Below, one piece after another: positions 38,292 through 42,802 of a stretch of DNA of 42,802 nucleotides (its first letter is position 1; each line of letters opens with the position of its first letter). The position numbers and the translations under genes are program-made. Under the pieces are notes generated by a model. The model did not search any database. It saw only the letters and a list, made by a program, of their open reading frames with translations, and had not been told where the DNA came from. This DNA is from Chlamydiia bacterium (GTDB lineage Bacteria > Chlamydiota > Chlamydiia > Chlamydiales > JAYUZV01), in contig JAYUZV010000039.1 of the NCBI GenBank assembly GCA_043751475.1, positions 1-42,802 on the forward strand, written 5' to 3'.

Positions 38292-38321
38292 TTGCTGTAA
38301 AATAAGCTGGCGCGTTATGAT
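38292..38321 (+). promoter_or_regulatory. Putative promoter for tRNA-Ser (and dnaB)
   Basis: TTGCTG-18 bp-TATGAT ending 20 nt before the tRNA. Confidence 0.55.
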
Positions 38322-38340
38322 CAGTGCTACTTCTCATTGC

Positions 38341-38430
38341 GGATAGGTGGCTGAGTGGTCGAAAGCACGTCCCTGCTAAGGACGCGTACCCTGTTAAGGG
38401 GTACCGTGGGTTCGAATCCCACCCTATCCG
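38341..38430 (+). tRNA. tRNA-Ser(GCT)
   Basis: Acceptor GGATAGG/CCTATCC with discriminator G, anticodon arm CGTCC-CTGCTAA-GGACG, long variable arm GTACCC..GGGTAC, T loop TTCGAAT. Confidence 0.97.
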
Positions 38431-38489
38431 AATTCTACCCTTATGCGCTATAGTGCAAATCTAATACGCTAAATGGATCTTCAGACGAC

Positions 38490-39941
38490 ATGAGCAGCGA
38501 AATTTCCCCTTCCAAAACAAAGACCCCTCCGCACTCGCGAGAATCAGAGATGATGGTCCTCGGTTGCATGCTAACCAACATCAACAGCCTTAATATTGCA
38601 TCTGATTCGCTTGACGATACCGACTTCTATTTCACAGAACATAAAATTGCTTTTCAGATCTTAAAAAGCTGCTACAAAAACGACAGGCCAGCTGATATTC
38701 ACCTCGTTTCAGAAGAGCTAAAACGGACAAATAGTCTCGAATCTGTTGGCGGTATTCCCTACCTAACAACACTGGCTCAATTTGCCGGTACATCGGCCTA
38801 CATCGAAGAGTATGTCGAAATTGTGCGCAGTAAATCAATTCTGCGTAAAATGATTCTTGCCTCGCAAGATATTGAAAAGAGTGCCCTTGAAGAGCCCGAA
38901 AATGTCCATACAGCGCTGGACAACGCTCAAGCCAAATTTTTCCAGATTAGCCAACTCTCAAACATGGCTGCCGGCGTCCAAATTAAGGATCTCCTCTCCG
39001 GCTTAAAATCGGCCTCGCAGGTTCCCTACCTGAAGCAGCTCGAAGAGCGCCAAGAGAACTTCCAAACCCGCGGTCCGGACGACCCGGGCATCACAGGTAT
39101 TCCAACCCATCTGCACGACTTAGATAAGATGATTAACGGCCTCAATAAATCAAACCTGATGATTATCGCCGGCCGTCCTGCAATGGGTAAAACTGCGCTG
39201 GCGCTAAATATCGCAGAAAACCTCTGCTTCAAAAACAAACTACCTGTCGGAATTTTCTCGCTTGAAATGAGCGCAGAACAGCTTCTGCACAGGGTCATCT
39301 GCTCGCAATCTGAGGTGGAATCGGACAAACTCGTTACAGGATCGCTCAACGGCTCTGAATTTCAGCGCGTAGTTGCCTGTGTTAACGGCATGCAGAAGCA
39401 CACGATGATTATCGATGACCAGCCGGGACTGAAAATCTCCGATTTGCGCGCAAGAGCCCGCCGCATGAAAGAGGCGTATGACATTCAGGTGCTGATTATC
39501 GACTACCTCCAGCTTATTTCGGGAAATAACACCTCAAAATCGGGTGATAATCGCCAAGCCGAGATCTCCGAAATCTCGCGTATGCTCAAAAACCTCGCGC
39601 GCGAGCTCAATATTCCCATTATCTGCCCCTCGCAGCTCTCCCGTAAAGTGGAGGAGCGCGCCGGCCACCGACCGATGCTAAGCGACTTGCGCGAATCGGG
39701 CTCGATCGAGCAAGATGCCGACCTAGTTCTGCTGCTGCTGCGCCGCGACTACTACGACCCGTACGACAAGCCGGGCATGGCCGAGATCATCATCGCTAAA
39801 AACCGCCACGGCGGCGTCGGTAGCGTCAACCTCGCCTTCCGCAAAGAATTGGCCCAATTTACCAATTACAACTCCTCACTATCGCCATCCGGCGGTGCTC
39901 CGGAAGAAGATGACGCCTTTTCTGCGTTCACTCCCGGATAG
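38490..39941 (+). CDS. dnaB: Replicative DNA helicase
   Basis: GRPAMGKT, FSLEMS, IDYLQL, SQLSR, DLRESGSIEQDAD, KNRHG; no intein. Confidence 0.98.
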   Translation: MSSEISPSKTKTPPHSRESEMMVLGCMLTNINSLNIASDSLDDTDFYFTEHKIAFQILKSCYKNDRPADIHLVSEELKRTNSLESVGGIPYLTTLAQFAGTSAYIEEYVEIVRSKSILRKMILASQDIEKSALEEPENVHTALDNAQAKFFQISQLSNMAAGVQIKDLLSGLKSASQVPYLKQLEERQENFQTRGPDDPGITGIPTHLHDLDKMINGLNKSNLMIIAGRPAMGKTALALNIAENLCFKNKLPVGIFSLEMSAEQLLHRVICSQSEVESDKLVTGSLNGSEFQRVVACVNGMQKHTMIIDDQPGLKISDLRARARRMKEAYDIQVLIIDYLQLISGNNTSKSGDNRQAEISEISRMLKNLARELNIPIICPSQLSRKVEERAGHRPMLSDLRESGSIEQDADLVLLLLRRDYYDPYDKPGMAEIIIAKNRHGGVGSVNLAFRKELAQFTNYNSSLSPSGGAPEEDDAFSAFTPG

Positions 39942-39958
39942 TTTTTTCGGGTGGGCTC

Positions 39959-39995
39959 TTTACAATTTTAAGGCTATACTCTAGACTATAGCCTT
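39959..39995 (+). promoter_or_regulatory. Putative promoter with an overlapping palindrome, upstream of the 31-aa ORF
   Basis: TTTACA (39959)-17 bp-TAGACT (39982); inverted repeat AAGGCTATA-N8-TATAGCCTT at 39970-39995. Confidence 0.6.
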
Positions 39996-40019
39996 TATAA
40001 CACTTGTGGAGTGAACGAG

Positions 40020-40115
40020 ATGTCTAGTGTCAAGATGAAGCGCCGATACAAAATTGCCAAACACAAGCGCAAAAAGATAAGCCGTAAAAACCGCCACAAG
40101 AAAAAACTCCCGTAA
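40020..40115 (+). CDS. 31-aa basic protein of the bS22/mS38 (AURKAIP1/COX24-domain) family
   Basis: My translation: MSSVKMKRRYKIAKHKRKKISRKNRHKKKLP*; GGAG RBS 8 nt upstream; own promoter; below the ORF-track length cutoff. Confidence 0.85.
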   Translation: MSSVKMKRRYKIAKHKRKKISRKNRHKKKLP

Positions 40116-40207
40116 AGAAAATTTAATTAGTTAGAAAAACTTAAATTTTCTTCTCCCTCTAGCAATAGGGGTTTCCTGTTTATAAATTTTTTAGTTAAGA
40201 GTGCATT

Positions 40208-42034
40208 ATGTGGAACTATCCAGAGACTTTCGATCTGATTGTCATTGGCGCGGGCCATGCAGGCTGTGAAGCGGCCCATATCGCTGCCAAAATGGGGTGC
40301 AAAACTCTTCTGCTCACCATGTCTCTTGATACTGTCGGTAAAATGAGCTGCAACCCAGCTATTGGTGGCACTGCCAAGGGGCACATTGTCCGCGAAATCG
40401 ATGCACTCGGCGGTATTATGGGAAAAGTAGCCGATCAAACGGCTATCCAATCCAGGATGCTCAACCGCTCGAAAGGCCCTGCCGTCTGGTCTCCCCGCAC
40501 ACAAAACGACCGCTTTGCCTACCAGGCAGTTATGCGCAAACGGCTTGAGCAGACTGAAAACCTCTATCTCAAACAAGGAACTATCGAATCGCTTTTTATC
40601 GTAAATGATAAAATTGAGGGTGTCGATACGCAAGAGGGCATACGCTATGTCGGAAAAAGCGTTGTCATCTCATCCGGCACCTTTCTCCGCGGAAAAGTCT
40701 TTATTGGTGAGACCACCTACGCAGCCGGCAGGGCTGGTGACCAGCCCTCCATTGGCCTATCGAAAGAGCTTGAAAAGCTTGGATTTAACCTAGGGCGCCT
40801 TAAAACAGGCACACCTCCACGCGTCCACAGACGCAGCATCGATTTTTCCAAAATGGAGAAGCAGGAAAGTGAGCACACCGTCCGCTTCTCGTACGATGCT
40901 GCTGAGAGCGCCCCTCTTCCTCACATCTGCTGCTGGATTACCTACACAACAGCAGCATCAAAAGATATTATTGTAAAAAACATCCACCGCTCGGCTATGT
41001 ACAGCGGAAAAATAGATGGCATCGGCACGCGTTACTGCCCATCTATTGAGGATAAATTTATGCGCTTTCAAGATAAGGAGCGCCACCAGCTATTTATTGA
41101 ACCGGAAGGTCTCGATAGCGAAGAGTTTTACATCAACGGCATCTCATCATCGCTTCCATTCGATGTGCAACTACCGCTTCTGCACTCGGTGATTGGGCTT
41201 GAAAATGCAGAGATCATGCGTCCTGCCTATGCTATTGAATATGATTATGTCAAAAGTGGTCAGCTCTATAACACACTCGAGACAAAGAAAATTAAGGGGC
41301 TATTTTTAGCCGGCCAAATTAACGGTACAACAGGTTATGAAGAGGCTGCTGCACAGGGGCTAATGGCCGGTATTAATGCGGCATTGCAAGTGCAAAATAA
41401 ACCCTCTTTTTCTTTAAAACGCAGCGAAGCTTATATCGGTGTTTTAATTGACGAGCTAATTGCAAAAGAGCTGACAGAGCCCTATCGCATGCTCACCTCC
41501 CGTGCAGAGCACAGGCTTCTGCTTCGCCAAGATAATGCTGACCTGCGACTACGCGAGCATGCGTGGAATCTCGGCACAATTACCTCCGCTCAATACGCGC
41601 GCTACCTCCATAAAAAAGAGTGCGTCGAGGGCGAGACAAAAAGGCTAGACAAGAGCTTTGTCCACTATCTAGGAGAGTCAATTGCAATTGGCAAACTATT
41701 GACACGGCCAGAAGGAAACTACCAGACACTTTTAGAGGCTTACAGCGATAAAGTGAACGATCACGGCGAGGAGATCAACCTACAAATTGAGCTGCTGCTG
41801 AAGTATGCAGGTTACATCAAAAAACAAGAATTAGAAGTGAATCGCCTTGAAATGAGCGAGAATATCACAATCCCACGCGACTTTAATTTTCTACCTATCA
41901 CCGGATTGCGAATTGAGGCCAAGGAAAAACTCCATAAATTTCATCCCGCGACAATCGGCGCGGCTAGCCGCATTTCAGGTGTTTCGCCCGCCGATATTTC
42001 AGTTCTTCTCGTCCATTTACGCGCTACTCTATGA
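40208..42034 (+). CDS. mnmG: tRNA uridine-5-carboxymethylaminomethyl(34) synthesis enzyme MnmG (GidA)
   Basis: [56 protein letters not shown]. Confidence 0.98.
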   Translation: MWNYPETFDLIVIGAGHAGCEAAHIAAKMGCKTLLLTMSLDTVGKMSCNPAIGGTAKGHIVREIDALGGIMGKVADQTAIQSRMLNRSKGPAVWSPRTQNDRFAYQAVMRKRLEQTENLYLKQGTIESLFIVNDKIEGVDTQEGIRYVGKSVVISSGTFLRGKVFIGETTYAAGRAGDQPSIGLSKELEKLGFNLGRLKTGTPPRVHRRSIDFSKMEKQESEHTVRFSYDAAESAPLPHICCWITYTTAASKDIIVKNIHRSAMYSGKIDGIGTRYCPSIEDKFMRFQDKERHQLFIEPEGLDSEEFYINGISSSLPFDVQLPLLHSVIGLENAEIMRPAYAIEYDYVKSGQLYNTLETKKIKGLFLAGQINGTTGYEEAAAQGLMAGINAALQVQNKPSFSLKRSEAYIGVLIDELIAKELTEPYRMLTSRAEHRLLLRQDNADLRLREHAWNLGTITSAQYARYLHKKECVEGETKRLDKSFVHYLGESIAIGKLLTRPEGNYQTLLEAYSDKVNDHGEEINLQIELLLKYAGYIKKQELEVNRLEMSENITIPRDFNFLPITGLRIEAKEKLHKFHPATIGAASRISGVSPADISVLLVHLRATL

Positions 42035-42738
42035 CCCTCAAATGTATCCACACCAAAAACTACCCCATATTTGAGCAGCTGAAGCTAGAGGAAGCCCTTC
42101 TACGCGCAGATAACGGCAATTGGTGTATCATTAATGAGGGTACGCCTGATAAATCAATTGTCATGGGACTTTCAGGTAAAGCCGATGAGCTGATCGACCT
42201 GCCAAAAGCAGCGCGCGACTCCATTCCTATTATCCGTCGCTTTAGTGGTGGAGGCACTGTTATTGTCGATAAGGAGACTCTCTTTGTCACCTTTATTTTT
42301 AATAAAGAGAGCCACCCCTTTCCGGCCTATCCAATGGAACTCATGCAGTGGAGCCACGCCATCTACCAAGAAGCATTCAAATCGCATACACCTCTGCTGC
42401 TGCGCGAAAATGATTATGCAATTGGAGAGAAAAAATGCGGTGGCAATGCACAATATATCAGCCGTACTCGCTGGCTTCACCACACCTCATTTCTATGGGA
42501 TTTTAACCCCCAATCTATGCACTATCTACTCCATCCAAAGCGCACACCAAAATATCGTGCCGAAAGATCTCACCTCGATTTCCTCTGCAAATTATCAACA
42601 ATTTTTCCATCAAAAGAACTCTTGCTTACCTCTCTTAAAACCCACCTCAATTTACTCTACGGCCTCACCGAAATCCCTCTAGAACAAGCCTCCCAAATCC
42701 TCTCCCTTCCCCACACCTCCACCACCACCCAAATGTAA
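42031..42738 (+). CDS. lplA: Lipoate--protein ligase A family protein (catalytic domain only)
   Basis: [22 protein letters not shown] motifs; ATGA overlap with mnmG. Confidence 0.88.
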   Translation: MTLKCIHTKNYPIFEQLKLEEALLRADNGNWCIINEGTPDKSIVMGLSGKADELIDLPKAARDSIPIIRRFSGGGTVIVDKETLFVTFIFNKESHPFPAYPMELMQWSHAIYQEAFKSHTPLLLRENDYAIGEKKCGGNAQYISRTRWLHHTSFLWDFNPQSMHYLLHPKRTPKYRAERSHLDFLCKLSTIFPSKELLLTSLKTHLNLLYGLTEIPLEQASQILSLPHTSTTTQM

Positions 42739-42748
42739 ATCTGCTTTA

Positions 42749-42802
42749 CAGCAAGGGTTAACAAGCTAAAAAGGGAAGAAAAATTGGCACGGATAACAGG
42801 AT
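42749..42802 (+). repeat. Locus 3 of the TTGGCACGGATAACAGGAT family (cut by the window edge)
   Basis: AAAATTGGCACGGATAACAGGAT at 42780-42802 is identical to 35222-35244; upstream CAGCAAGG..CAAG matches the reverse complement of 35637-35653. Confidence 0.9.

Noticed and set aside
38490-39941. Intein or foreign segment in dnaB suggested by the C-rich 3' half
   Set aside because: Length and motif spacing are normal; the composition is explained by codon and strand bias.

Overview
This window is chromosomal DNA from an environmental member of Chlamydiota. The assignment rests on a chlamydial-type 1054-aa PBP2, the eukaryote-type UDP-GlcNAc pyrophosphorylase next to gpsA, Inc-like membrane proteins, and the blocks sufBCDS-pbp2 / tRNA-Gly-rpsB-tsf-pyrH-frr, S49-polA-coaE-rho and dnaB-mnmG-lplA that I recall from Chlamydia gene order. 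Most of it is housekeeping: about 35 CDS and four tRNAs (Gly-TCC, Glu-TTC, Lys-TTT, Ser-GCT). I see no transposase, integrase, phage gene or CRISPR array. The main signals not explained by ordinary annotation are: (1) a dispersed non-coding repeat family with core AAAATTGGCACGGATAACAGGAT at three intergenic loci, forming large foldbacks about 40-50 nt after stop codons, including a ~450-bp nested palindrome between rho and oppA; (2) a ~190-nt structured, possibly 6S-like RNA after the tRNA-Glu/Lys pair; (3) a 31-aa bS22/mS38-like ribosomal protein missed by the ORF track; (4) three WaaF-like GT9 genes plus a recent duplicated fragment; (5) Inc-like genes translationally coupled to ispD and to a type-2 TyrRS; (6) apparently domain-truncated Nnr and Wza-like genes. 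All family assignments come from motifs recognised by eye; no database search was run.
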